Shown here piece after piece: positions 1 to 9,706 of a stretch of DNA of 64,000 nucleotides (the first letter of the stretch is position 1; every line of letters starts with the position of its first letter). The notes under the pieces are model-generated. The model saw only the letters and a list, made by a program, of their open reading frames with translations. It made no database searches and was not told where the DNA came from. Location: contig JBNJDT010000001.1 of NCBI GenBank assembly GCA_051745145.1, positions 1 to 64,000 on the forward strand, written 5' to 3'. This DNA is from Elusimicrobiota bacterium. Lineage in GTDB: Bacteria > CG03 > SLGR01 > JAGXOG01. The translations under genes and the position numbers were made by a program.

Positions 1-2445
1 CTCTGCGGTTATTATCTGCTCTTTTGCCCGTTTTATCTCCTCATCCGTATATTTTGCGGCTTTAAGGTCATCTATTACTCCTTCAATTACAGCGAGCGCT
101 TCTTTTATCTTCTGGGGGTTTGTAGCGGCAAAAATTGTAAAACTTCCGGATTTTATATAATTCTGGTTATAGGCATGAGTTACATAGACCAGCTCGTCCC
201 CCCTCAACCGCTCATGTAACCACCCTCCCGGATAATTTTTACCCGAAATAAGCGTATCAATAACGTCTAAAACCGGTTTTACCTTGGTATCAAAAACGGT
301 AACCGTGGGAAAACCTTTAAAAATTACTCCCATCTGCTTAGCTGTTTTATACTGTTTTTTAACCGGACGGTCTAAATTTAAAAACTCCCCGTCATAATCG
401 GGTAATTCTTTTTCACTTTCTTTAACTTTACTGAATTCGCTTTCAACTTTTTTTATAATTTCATCCGGGTTAAAATCTCCGGCCAGAGAAATTACCAGGT
501 TTTGGGGACCGGTAAAATCCTCATGAACTTTTTGGATTGCCTTCCGGTCAATATTTTTAACAGACTCCGTTGTCCCCATTTTATCGTATATATAAGGCAT
601 TGACGACGGAAAAATATTCTTTTTAAAATTCAACATGGCTTCTTTTTGCCAGTTATTTTTAAACTGCCGGATAGAATTTAAGGTAAATTTCTTCTGTTTT
701 TCTATTTCTTCTGTATCAAAGGAAGGATTATAGAGTATCTCTTTAAGAAGTTCTATTATTTTTTCGTAATCTTCAGCCAAAGAAGAAGCTTTTACATAAA
801 AAGAGTTATTCCCCGAAGAGGTGGAAAAACTGGCCCCTCTTTTTTCAAATTCTTCGTTCAGTTCCCGGCGGTTGTATTTTTTTGTTCCCCTTCCCAGCAT
901 GGAAGCCGTAAAATTAAAAAGTCCGGGCGTATCATAAATCTTATCATAAGTTAATCCCCCTTTTAAAAATAACGAGTAATTTATTACCGAAATCCCGGGA
1001 ATTTTCTTAGCAACCACTGTTACACCGTTATCCAGTACCTTCTTTTGAACTTCATATTCTTTAGTTTTTTCTTCTGCTGAAGATTTTTCTTCTGCCGGCC
1101 GGCCGGTTATAAAAGTTCTTGTATATTTTGAAATATCCAGATACTTATTGGCCGCTTCTTTTACTTTTTCGGGAGTGACTTTCCTTAACTTTTCCACATA
1201 CCTGTCCGTAAAATTAGGATCCCCGGTACTGAGAGCATCAATACCTATCCGGGAGGTATAATTGGATACCGTAGTTTTTCTGAAAAGATTTTCGGAGACC
1301 GAAAGTTTTTTTGCTCTTTTTAATTCTTTATCGGTTATCCCGTTTTTTTGAATATCCAGAATTATTTCCAGAATTGCCTGTTCAACTTTCTTCCGTTTTT
1401 CTCCGGTCAACTTGGCCTTTACGGTAAACTGTCCTTTTCCGAAAGAAGGCGTATAAGAATAGGAATCAATGCTGTTTACCAGTTCTTTTTCCTCTTTTAC
1501 TATCCTGTTAAGACGGGCGTTTTTCCCCGAAGAAAGAATCTCACTTAAGATATCCAAAGCGTAAAGATGGGAATGATCCAGAGGTATTGTAAGCCAGGAA
1601 AGATTTAAATACTGTCCCTCAATATCCATGACCTTTGATTTTTCTCTTATCCCGGCCAGATCCGGTTCCCGGGGTAAATCCGGTAAACTATGAAAATTTC
1701 TCTTATAATTTCCGTACTTTTCCTCTATATTGCTTAAAACTTCTTCGCTATCTACATTTCCCCCGATAACCAGAACCGAGTTATTGGGAACATAATTCTT
1801 CTCATAATAATCTTTTAAATTCTTAAAAGAGATCCTTTTAAAAAGATCTGTATACCCGAGCACCGGATAACGGGTGGGATGTATTCTGTAAAGATTTTCG
1901 GAAGTTAACCGGTACAATGATTTAGCCGGTTCTTCAAGAGCTTTTTCTATCTCCCTGGTGATTACTCCTCTCTCCCGGGTATAGGCCTCCCGGGTAATCT
2001 CATTTTCAAAAACCAGTTCTCCAAGTACTCCCAGAGCTTGGGGGTAAAATTTAGAAATTGTCGTTATATAGTAGCCGGTATGGTCTTTGGTGGTATAGGC
2101 GTTGAACCGGTTACCGAATTTTTCTATTTTGCGGTCTATTTCCTTTTTTGAACTCTTCCCGGTAGGACCCTCGGCAGTTATATGTTCGAGAAAATGCGAT
2201 ATTCCGGAACCATAGTAATTTTTCTCATAAATACTTCCCGTCTTTACATACAGCCTCATCTCAACAACATCAGAAGTTTTATCTTCCCATATCACATACT
2301 CCATACCGTTTTTCAGGTTACCGGTTTTAATATTTTCTGTTATATTTTTCATCTGTATATTATCTCTTTCTCTCCCTCTGAAAATTAATAAAAATAAAAT
2401 AACAACTAAAAATAAAAAAAAAAGTATTTTTTTTAAAATATCCAT
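1..2445 (-). CDS. M16 family (pitrilysin/insulinase-like) zinc peptidase with N-terminal hydrophobic anchor; 3' end runs off the window
   Basis: Absent from the ORF track because no stop lies in the window. Manual translation from ATG at 2445 gives MDILKKILFFLFLVVILFLLIFRG..., with the inverted zinc motif HFLEH at 2196-2182. The same frame reads ...KRAKEQIITAE at position 1. Confidence 0.85.
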   Translation of the reverse strand, partial: MDILKKILFFLFLVVILFLLIFRGRERDNIQMKNITENIKTGNLKNGMEYVIWEDKTSDVVEMRLYVKTGSIYEKNYYGSGISHFLEHITAEGPTGKSSKKEIDRKIEKFGNRFNAYTTKDHTGYYITTISKFYPQALGVLGELVFENEITREAYTRERGVITREIEKALEEPAKSLYRLTSENLYRIHPTRYPVLGYTDLFKRISFKNLKDYYEKNYVPNNSVLVIGGNVDSEEVLSNIEEKYGNYKRNFHSLPDLPREPDLAGIREKSKVMDIEGQYLNLSWLTIPLDHSHLYALDILSEILSSGKNARLNRIVKEEKELVNSIDSYSYTPSFGKGQFTVKAKLTGEKRKKVEQAILEIILDIQKNGITDKELKRAKKLSVSENLFRKTTVSNYTSRIGIDALSTGDPNFTDRYVEKLRKVTPEKVKEAANKYLDISKYTRTFITGRPAEEKSSAEEKTKEYEVQKKVLDNGVTVVAKKIPGISVINYSLFLKGGLTYDKIYDTPGLFNFTASMLGRGTKKYNRRELNEEFEKRGASFSTSSGNNSFYVKASSLAEDYEKIIELLKEILYNPSFDTEEIEKQKKFTLNSIRQFKNNWQKEAMLNFKKNIFPSSMPYIYDKMGTTESVKNIDRKAIQKVHEDFTGPQNLVISLAGDFNPDEIIKKVESEFSKVKESEKELPDYDGEFLNLDRPVKKQYKTAKQMGVIFKGFPTVTVFDTKVKPVLDVIDTLISGKNYPGGWLHERLRGDELVYVTHAYNQNYIKSGSFTIFAATNPQKIKEALAVIEGVIDDLKAAKYTDEEIKRAKEQIITAE

Positions 2446-2505
2446 AGTTATTTCCAATTAAATTCTTTTCTCCCATATCTTTTATACAGCACAGGACAAT
2501 TTAAC

Positions 2506-3459
2506 CTATTCAAATTTTTCTCCTTCTTTTACATCATGGCCGGCAAGATAAGATGCTGTATCCATAACTCTCTTTCCGGCAGGTTGCAATTTTAAAATTT
2601 TAACCCCACCGGTCCCGGCAGCCACCACAAAATATTTCTTTGTGACTTCTATTATTTCCCCGGGTTCCCCCCGGTCGGTATCAACCGCTTTGGCTTTAGC
2701 TAATTTTAGTCTTTCACTGTCTCCGCCGCCAAAAGTGTGACAGCCCGGGGCGGGATTTAACGCCTTAATCTGATTAACTATTTTTTGGGCATCGCTGGTC
2801 CAGTCTATCTTACAGATATCTTTATTTATTTTAGGGGCATAACTGCCTTTGCCAAACTCTTTTTGGGGGGTTGAAGAAGGTATTTTTCCATCAGCAATAA
2901 TATCTAATAACTTTTCCACTAACTCTTTTCCCGCACTATCCAGTTTTTTCTTAAGAGTTTTGTGATTGTCATTCTCTTTAATTTGAACTTTTTTCCTAAA
3001 AACTATTTCCCCCTCATCCAGTCTTTCGTTCATTTTCATTAAGGTAACCCCGGTTTCTTTATAACCTTTTAACAGGGCGTATCTAACCGGTGAGGCCCCC
3101 CTTAAATTTGGAAGCAGAGAATAATGAATATTGTAAGCCCCTTTTTTAAATATCTGTAAAATTTCAGAAGAGAGCAGCTGTCCGTAATCTATTACCAGAC
3201 CTATATCGGGATTTACTTTACGGAGGGTCTTTACAGAATCTTCGGAACTTATATTTTCAGGTTTATAGACATCCAGGTCCTGCTTTTTGCAATATAAAGC
3301 CACCCGGGAGGATTTTAATTTACGGCCCCTGCCCCGGTACTTATCGGGTCCGGTAACAGTTAAGGCCAGATTCGCTCTGCTGTGATTTTTTATGGTTTCA
3401 ATATACCGGCACCCTGTCTGGGTTCCCGATATAAAAATAAGATCAACTTTTTCGCTCAT
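2506..3459 (-). CDS. fmt: Methionyl-tRNA formyltransferase
   Basis: NIHYSLLP..RGASP motif, LDEG, C-terminal LQPAGKR; adjacent to def. Confidence 0.95.
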   Translation of the reverse strand: MSEKVDLIFISGTQTGCRYIETIKNHSRANLALTVTGPDKYRGRGRKLKSSRVALYCKKQDLDVYKPENISSEDSVKTLRKVNPDIGLVIDYGQLLSSEILQIFKKGAYNIHYSLLPNLRGASPVRYALLKGYKETGVTLMKMNERLDEGEIVFRKKVQIKENDNHKTLKKKLDSAGKELVEKLLDIIADGKIPSSTPQKEFGKGSYAPKINKDICKIDWTSDAQKIVNQIKALNPAPGCHTFGGGDSERLKLAKAKAVDTDRGEPGEIIEVTKKYFVVAAGTGGVKILKLQPAGKRVMDTASYLAGHDVKEGEKFE

Positions 3460-3943
3460 TTTTCCACTTATTGTATCTGGCTTTAAGTAATTTCCACATT
3501 TTTTTAGGCTGTTTCAAGCGGTCCGGGAATAGTATACCGTTAAGGTGATCGATTTCATGCTGCATAACTATGGAAAGAAGTCCGCCGGCTTTAAGTACCT
3601 GTCTGTTGTCCTTTATCCCCGTTTCAACAACTATATCGTCTTTTCTAGGGATCCGGGCCGTTACACCGCAGACGCTTAAACATGCCTCGTCTATCTCCTG
3701 GTGTCCCTGCCCTTCTAAAATTTTGGGATTTACCAGGATAAGGGGTTTTTGCAAGTTGTCCGACGCCTCACTGGAAATCGCAGTAATTTTTTTCTGTATT
3801 CCAACCTGGGGGGCAGCTAATCCTATGCCATTATTTTTTATCATTTCCGTTATAAGCTTTTTGGAAATTTCTTCCACTTCCCCGGATTTGACTTCCCGGT
3901 TTTCTATACGTAAACACTGATCGGGATAGAGCTTTATATTCAT
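3443..3943 (-). CDS. def: Peptide deformylase
   Basis: GIGLAAPQ, EACLS (EGCLS variant) and QHEIDH motifs. Start moved to ATG 3943 (ATGA overlap with the priA stop) rather than 4066. Confidence 0.93.
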   Translation of the reverse strand: MNIKLYPDQCLRIENREVKSGEVEEISKKLITEMIKNNGIGLAAPQVGIQKKITAISSEASDNLQKPLILVNPKILEGQGHQEIDEACLSVCGVTARIPRKDDIVVETGIKDNRQVLKAGGLLSIVMQHEIDHLNGILFPDRLKQPKKMWKLLKARYNKWKNERKS

Positions 3944-5934
3944 AACATGCTCTGAGGGTCGACGTCTACTTTTAAACGTCCTTTTTTTGACCTTTCTTTT
4001 ATCATTTTCTTTAAATTTTTCTTGATTTTTTCCTCGTTTTTCTTGAATTTTAACAATAACTGCCACCTGTAGCGACCCCTTATCTTGTATATAGGGGCTT
4101 TTGCCGGGCCCAAAACACTTACGCCGGTACCGGACAAATTTTTATCTATATACTTTTTGCAATTATTTATAATCTTTTCAGCTGTTTTCTCTTTTTTTGC
4201 AGAGCCTATTATATTTATAAGTCCTGTAAACGGCGGAAAACCGGCCTTCTTTCTAATATCTATCTCTCTATCATAAAATTTATTATAATCTTTTTCAAAT
4301 AGCTTTTTAATTGCATAGTGATTGGGATTATAGGTCTGTATAACTACATCTCCCCTTTTACTTCCACGTCCCGTCCGGCCGGCTACCTGTTTTAATACAG
4401 TAAATATTCTTTCGGTGGCCCGAAAATCAGGACTCATAAGTCCCAGGTCACTGTTTATTACCCCCACAAGATCAACCTGTCCAAAATCCCACCCTTTGGC
4501 AATTATCTGGGTTCCCACTAAAATATCGAATTTTCCGTTCTGGAAATTGTGAAATATTTTAGAAGCTTTTCCTTTTTTAGAAATACTGTCCACATCCATT
4601 CTTTTTATCCCGGCATCGGGAAAAAATTTCTTTAATATCTGCTTTACCTTCTGAGTGCCCGAACCGTAGTAGTTAAATGTGCTCTCTCCGCACTCAGGAC
4701 ATTTCTTCGGGGCTCTTCTTTTATACTCACACCAGCTGCACACCAGAGTATTATCCGTTGAGTGGTAAGCTAAAGGTATACTGCATTTGGGACATTTAAA
4801 ACTTTCTCCGCATTCTTTGCATATAATAGATGAAGAATATCCACGGCGGTTTATAAAAAGTAAAATCTGTTTATTCGCTTTTAGAGTTTTTTCCATTTTC
4901 TGTATTAAAATGTTGGATAAAATACCGCTTTTATAACTCTCTTTAAATTCCCGCTTCATATCCACTATATTTAAACGGGGAAACTTATCCTGATGGATTC
5001 TCTCTTCAATTCTAAAATAATTTAAATCTCCTGATTTGGCCCGGTAAAGAGTTTCTACCGACGGAGTGGCAGTTCCTAAAATTAACAGGGCATTTTCTAT
5101 ATCACACCTTTGTTCTGCCACCCACCGGGCGTCATAATACGGAGACTGATGCTGTTTATAGGATGTATCCTGCTCCTCGTCTATTATTACTGCCCCCAGG
5201 TTTTTAAAAGGGGCAAATACACTTGACCGCGGCCCCACTAAAACTTTAAGTTCACCGGAGCCCATCTTTTTTATATAGTTCATTTTTTTGCCCCGGGAAA
5301 TTTTGCTATGCCATACCCCTACTTTATCTTTGCCCAACCTGGCTTTTAATCGATAAATTAACTGAGCGGTGATGGCTATTTCGGGTACCAGAATAATAAC
5401 CTGCCTGCCGGTTTTTATTATTTGCCTTATCAACCTCATATAAATTTCAGTCTTTCCGCTGTCTGTTACGCCGTGAATTAAATATTTTTCGTTTTTTCCG
5501 GCCTTCATATCTTTCTGGATAGATTTAACAACTTTCTTTTGACCGGCAGACAAATTGTAATCCGGAATTTTTTTATCATAATTCCGGTTGTCCTTAGTTT
5601 TAACCTTTCTCTTTAAAGGTTTTAAAGAGGCGGGTAATACAGTGGAGAGAACTTCCCCCATACTTGAAATATAGTATTTGCTCATCCTCCGGGCCAGCTC
5701 CATAAGCCCCCCGGTAATTATAGGTTCTTTATCAATCACTCCCGCTATGGGTTTTAAAGGATAACTGACATCGGGTTTTTTCGAATGTATTTTTGTTACA
5801 TACCCCGTCCTGGTGGTCGGACCAAATTTTACTTTTACCCGGGTGCCTATATCCACATCAATATCAGTAGAATAAAAAAATTCCCTGAATACGGGGATGG
5901 GTAAAACTACGCTGATATATTTTTTGGACTTCAA
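3940..5934 (-). CDS. priA: Primosomal protein N' (replication-restart helicase)
   Basis: GVTDSGKT Walker A, DEEQD, eight-Cys region (CKEC, CPKC, CSWC, CPEC), QVAGRTGR, terminal VDVDP. Confidence 0.95.
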   Translation of the reverse strand: MKSKKYISVVLPIPVFREFFYSTDIDVDIGTRVKVKFGPTTRTGYVTKIHSKKPDVSYPLKPIAGVIDKEPIITGGLMELARRMSKYYISSMGEVLSTVLPASLKPLKRKVKTKDNRNYDKKIPDYNLSAGQKKVVKSIQKDMKAGKNEKYLIHGVTDSGKTEIYMRLIRQIIKTGRQVIILVPEIAITAQLIYRLKARLGKDKVGVWHSKISRGKKMNYIKKMGSGELKVLVGPRSSVFAPFKNLGAVIIDEEQDTSYKQHQSPYYDARWVAEQRCDIENALLILGTATPSVETLYRAKSGDLNYFRIEERIHQDKFPRLNIVDMKREFKESYKSGILSNILIQKMEKTLKANKQILLFINRRGYSSSIICKECGESFKCPKCSIPLAYHSTDNTLVCSWCEYKRRAPKKCPECGESTFNYYGSGTQKVKQILKKFFPDAGIKRMDVDSISKKGKASKIFHNFQNGKFDILVGTQIIAKGWDFGQVDLVGVINSDLGLMSPDFRATERIFTVLKQVAGRTGRGSKRGDVVIQTYNPNHYAIKKLFEKDYNKFYDREIDIRKKAGFPPFTGLINIIGSAKKEKTAEKIINNCKKYIDKNLSGTGVSVLGPAKAPIYKIRGRYRWQLLLKFKKNEEKIKKNLKKMIKERSKKGRLKVDVDPQSML

Positions 5935-6626
5935 ATTAACTGCCGGATAATTTTAGTATCCTCAAAAGTCTCTTTCTTTTTAGAAGGTGACCTAAGAAGA
6001 TAGGCCGGATGATAGGTGGGTACAACTTTAACGGGTACTCCTTCCAGATCTATATCGTAAACCTGCCCCCTGAGCTTGGTTATCCCGGTTGAAGTATCCA
6101 GTATTGTCTTAGAAGCCGGCGAACCCAGGGGCACTAAAACTTTAGGTTTTATTAATTCTATCTGCTTTACCAGATAAGGTATACAGCTTTTCACCTCTTC
6201 TGTGGTCGGCGGCCGGTCGTTGCGGTGTTTTTCCGGATTGTCCGGATCTTTCATGGGATGACATTTTACTATATTTGTTATATAGACCTCTTCCCTTTTT
6301 AGTTTAAAAACGTTGTTGATTATTTTTGTAAGTAATTTTCCGGCCCGGCCCACAAAAACTTTCCCCTGATGGTCTTCGTTGAAACCCGGTCCCTCCCCCA
6401 CAAACATTAAATCCGCCGAAGGAGATCCTCCCCCGAAACAGGCATTTAGTCTTTGAGTTCCCAGAGGACATTTTTTACATTTTTTAACTTCTTCTTTCAT
6501 ATCCTCGAGAATCTCCAGCCGCGAAGGACTGCTTACCTTATTTTTACCGGGATCTATCCAGAACCCGGTTTCCCCGGTCTCTTTTCTTTTTTTTAAATAT
6601 TCTTTAATTAAATTTTCTTTTGACAT
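5931..6626 (-). CDS. Family 4 (Fe-S) uracil-DNA glycosylase
   Basis: CKKCPL, GEGPG, VFVGRAG, TNIVKC, TYHPAYLLR. Confidence 0.92.
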   Translation of the reverse strand: MSKENLIKEYLKKRKETGETGFWIDPGKNKVSSPSRLEILEDMKEEVKKCKKCPLGTQRLNACFGGGSPSADLMFVGEGPGFNEDHQGKVFVGRAGKLLTKIINNVFKLKREEVYITNIVKCHPMKDPDNPEKHRNDRPPTTEEVKSCIPYLVKQIELIKPKVLVPLGSPASKTILDTSTGITKLRGQVYDIDLEGVPVKVVPTYHPAYLLRSPSKKKETFEDTKIIRQLI

Positions 6627-7234
6627 TTTTTAAGTATAATTTCCGCCATTTCCCTTACGGGTACAGCTTCGTACTCTTTTTCAATTTTTCCCTCTGCCAG
6701 AACAAAACTCTTTTTATCTTCTCCCATATTCCGGGTAGAATTTAAAACCATTATATCGCAGCCTTTAGCTTCAAGCTTTTTCCGACCTTCAGAGATGTTT
6801 ACTTTATCGGCCAGAGAAAAACCTACTATCAGTTTTCCCCTAAAATTTTCTGCCACACTTTTAAGTATATCCGGATTCCGTTTTAATTCAATACTGGGAG
6901 TTTCCTGTTTTTTCGATATCTTTCCTTTATATCTTACCGGCCGAAAATCACTCACCGCGGCCGCAGAGATGAAAATATCCGTGCTCTCTATTCTTTTTTT
7001 AACTTCTTCGAACATATCCCGGGCACTGAAAGTATAGATATAGTTGATCGCTTTTTCTGAAGGCTGTTTTTCTCTGCCGGATATTAAAGTTACTTCTCCG
7101 CCCATATCATTGGCAACTTCTGCAATTGCATATCCGGTCTTGCCCGAAGATAAATTCGATAAAAATCTTATGGAATCCCACATCTCCCTTGTAGGTCCGG
7201 CTGTAACGGTAATTTTGTTCCCCTTTAAGGACAT
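6608..7234 (-). CDS. coaB: Phosphopantothenate-cysteine ligase (stand-alone CoaB)
   Basis: TAGPTRE..D.IRFLSNLSSGKTG, AAAVSDF, NPDIL, VGF. Confidence 0.9.
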   Translation of the reverse strand: MSLKGNKITVTAGPTREMWDSIRFLSNLSSGKTGYAIAEVANDMGGEVTLISGREKQPSEKAINYIYTFSARDMFEEVKKRIESTDIFISAAAVSDFRPVRYKGKISKKQETPSIELKRNPDILKSVAENFRGKLIVGFSLADKVNISEGRKKLEAKGCDIMVLNSTRNMGEDKKSFVLAEGKIEKEYEAVPVREMAEIILKKCQKKI

Positions 7235-7240
7235 AAATTC

Positions 7241-7789
7241 TTAGGAATTACCGTATCTGTTTTTAAATTCCGTAATATCTTTTATGAATTTTATTACTGC
7301 TTCCGGTGAAGGCATTCTCCCCTTGCCTTTTTTACCGCCGGCTAAATCTCCGGTCTCGGGTTCCATTATTTTAAACTGACGTTTCTTTAATTTATGGATA
7401 TTATCCATAACTGCCGGAGATAACCACATATTTTCATGCATAGCGGGCACAAGTATTGCCGGCCCGGTAAAATCCAGTACAACAGAAGTTAGAATATTAT
7501 CCGCAAATCCTGCAGTAATTTTGGCAAGAGTATTTGCCGTCGCCGGAGCTATAACTAAAAGATCTCCCCACCCGGACAGAGTAACGTGATTTTCCCGGTA
7601 ATCTTTTTCAAATAATTCACAATAAACGGAATTTGTTGTGAGACTTTTAAAAGTAAGAGGGGTAATAAATTCATTAGCGGCAGGGGTCATTATAGTCTTT
7701 ACCTCATGACCTTCTTTAATGAGTCCGGAAGCCAGCTGGGCTGATTTATAAGCTGCAATTGAACCGGTTACGCCTAACAGAATTTTCAT
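7241..7789 (-). CDS. coaC: Phosphopantothenoylcysteine decarboxylase (stand-alone CoaC, HFCD flavoprotein)
   Basis: GVTGSIAAYK, APATANTLAK, PAMH..MW; directly upstream of coaB. Confidence 0.88.
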   Translation of the reverse strand: MKILLGVTGSIAAYKSAQLASGLIKEGHEVKTIMTPAANEFITPLTFKSLTTNSVYCELFEKDYRENHVTLSGWGDLLVIAPATANTLAKITAGFADNILTSVVLDFTGPAILVPAMHENMWLSPAVMDNIHKLKKRQFKIMEPETGDLAGGKKGKGRMPSPEAVIKFIKDITEFKNRYGNS

Positions 7790-7851
7790 GGGAATTTAAT
7801 CCTATGCATTTTTATTAACTCTTTATACGGTTTTCCAGATAAAATTAAATG

Positions 7852-8085
7852 CTACTCTTTTTTATCCTCGGCGACCTGTTTCCTTTCTTTATCTTCTTTT
7901 TCCGTAAGTTCTTGTTCAACAACTTTTTTAAGTACGTCATCGATATGGGGTGGTGTCCCAATATTCGCCGTCTTTTTAAACTCTTTCTTATACTCTTTTG
8001 TGGCTTTAAGAACAAACTTCCATGCATTATCTACATTGTCATAAAGTCTTTTTCTGGTTACTTCATCCATTACTGCCTCCATCAT
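7852..8085 (-). CDS. Small protein, probable divergent RNA polymerase omega subunit
   Basis: 77 aa in the gmk-[rpoZ]-coaBC slot; TAATG overlap with gmk; weak omega-like pattern LYDNVDNAWKFVLKATK. Confidence 0.45.
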   Translation of the reverse strand: MMEAVMDEVTRKRLYDNVDNAWKFVLKATKEYKKEFKKTANIGTPPHIDDVLKKVVEQELTEKEDKERKQVAEDKKE

Positions 8086-8693
8086 TATATTTTAGCTCTT
8101 TGCGTTTCTACTATACAGACTAATTCTTTTACAGCTTCTTCCAACTTATTATTAATTACCAAATAATCATAATCTTTTACATAATTAAGTTCTTCATCGG
8201 CATTTTCTAACCGGTGCTGTATCTCAGTTTCAGAATTCTGACTTCGTTTTCTCAACCTGTTTTCCAGCTCCTCAACCGAAGGGGGAATAACAAAAATCAG
8301 AACTGCCTGGGGATACTGTTTTTTTATCTGAACCCCTCCCTGAACATCTATATCCAGAATTATATCTTTGCCTTTAGCTTTTTGGCTGCGGACAAACTCT
8401 TTTGAAGTTCCGTAGTAATATCCATGTACCTTTGCCCATTCAAGCAATTTGCCTTCTTTTATTAGAGTTTTAAATTCTTCTTCCCCCACAAAATTATAAT
8501 CTTCGCCATCAATTTCATCACCCCGCGGGGGACGACTGGTAACTGAAACCGAAAAAACAGAATTTTCAATACGGTTCAATAAATGCCGGCAGAGCGTTGT
8601 TTTACCGGTCCCCGAGGGCGCGGAAATAACAACAAGTTCTCCTTCTCTTTTATAGGCTTTTATTATATTATATATTTTATCTTGTTTTATCAT
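8085..8693 (-). CDS. gmk: Guanylate kinase
   Basis: SAPSGTGKTT, TSRPPR..E.DG.DY, YYGT, LDIDVQG. Start could be 8693 or 8729. Confidence 0.95.
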   Translation of the reverse strand: MIKQDKIYNIIKAYKREGELVVISAPSGTGKTTLCRHLLNRIENSVFSVSVTSRPPRGDEIDGEDYNFVGEEEFKTLIKEGKLLEWAKVHGYYYGTSKEFVRSQKAKGKDIILDIDVQGGVQIKKQYPQAVLIFVIPPSVEELENRLRKRSQNSETEIQHRLENADEELNYVKDYDYLVINNKLEEAVKELVCIVETQRAKI

Positions 8694-8797
8694 ACTGCTA
8701 CAATAATTTATTCCAATTTTGAGTACCATACCTTATACCATTTATCCGGCTGGATATAATAATCTTCTTCATTCTATTTAATTCTATTAAAATATAT

Positions 8798-9706
8798 TTA
8801 TTTATCAAATTTTTTAAACTTATTTACCTCTAAAATACTACTAAAATCTTCAGGGGGATTTATTTTAAAACTTGTTCTTTTATTTTTCACCGGATGATTA
8901 AAAGAAATCTGCCAGGCATGCAACATCTGCCGGGCTGCCCCCCCGGTAATCTTTCCATACTTTTTATCTCCCAGCACCGGAAAACCTAAATACGAAAAAT
9001 GGACCCTTATCTGATGGGTTCGTCCGCTTAATGGGTAAATTTCAATCAGAGAAATATTGTTTCTCTTTTCTATAACTTTATACCGGGTAATCGATTTTTT
9101 GGCCCCGTGCCAGCTGACTTCCATTTTCGTCCTGTCCCTCCGGGACCGCCGGATGGGGGCTTTTATTTCCCCGGCCCGCTGCTCTAAACGGCCATTTAAT
9201 AAAGCTATATATACTTTTTTTACTTTTCTATCCTTAAACTGTTTTCTTAAATTCAGGGCGGCCTCGTCATTTAAAGCTACTACCATAACCCCGGAAGTAT
9301 CTTTATCCAGCCGGTGCACCAGCTGGGGGTTTTTATATTTTGACATTAGACCGTTTAGCAGGGTACCGGTCCTGTTTTTTGGAGCAGGGTGTACTACAAG
9401 ATCAGCCGGTTTATTTAAGATTAAAAAATTTTCTTCCTCATGGACAATATCCAAAGGTATATTTTCCGGTTTAACTTCCGAGTCTCCACTGCCGGATTTT
9501 TCCTCTTTATAGGGCTCGTAAACTATTTTTTCTCCACCTTTTAGCGGGAAATGGCTGTCCTTGTATTTGCCATCTACCGTAACTTTTTTCTCTTCTATGA
9601 GTTTCTGTATCTTTGTTCTGGAAATGGCAAGTTCTCCGGCCAGATACTTATCCAGACGTATTCTGCGGGTAGTATCTACTTTTAACGTGCCCTGTTTTTT
9701 ACACAC
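8798..9706 (-). CDS. rluD: RluA-family pseudouridine synthase with S4 domain (RluD-like)
   Basis: RLDKYL S4 start, NKPA.LVVHP, HRLDKDTSG, GRTHQIRVH. Confidence 0.88.
   Translation of the reverse strand: MCKKQGTLKVDTTRRIRLDKYLAGELAISRTKIQKLIEEKKVTVDGKYKDSHFPLKGGEKIVYEPYKEEKSGSGDSEVKPENIPLDIVHEEENFLILNKPADLVVHPAPKNRTGTLLNGLMSKYKNPQLVHRLDKDTSGVMVVALNDEAALNLRKQFKDRKVKKVYIALLNGRLEQRAGEIKAPIRRSRRDRTKMEVSWHGAKKSITRYKVIEKRNNISLIEIYPLSGRTHQIRVHFSYLGFPVLGDKKYGKITGGAARQMLHAWQISFNHPVKNKRTSFKINPPEDFSSILEVNKFKKFDK

Noticed and set aside
2408..2434. A10 and T8 homopolymer runs in the M16 peptidase 5' end as a phase-variation site
   Set aside because: The frame is intact, the runs encode Phe/Leu/Lys of the anchor, and similar runs are common in this AT-rich window.
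3944..4066. N-terminal extension of def in the ORF track
   Set aside because: It overlaps the priA 3' end; ATG 3943 gives the standard ATGA coupling and a normal length.
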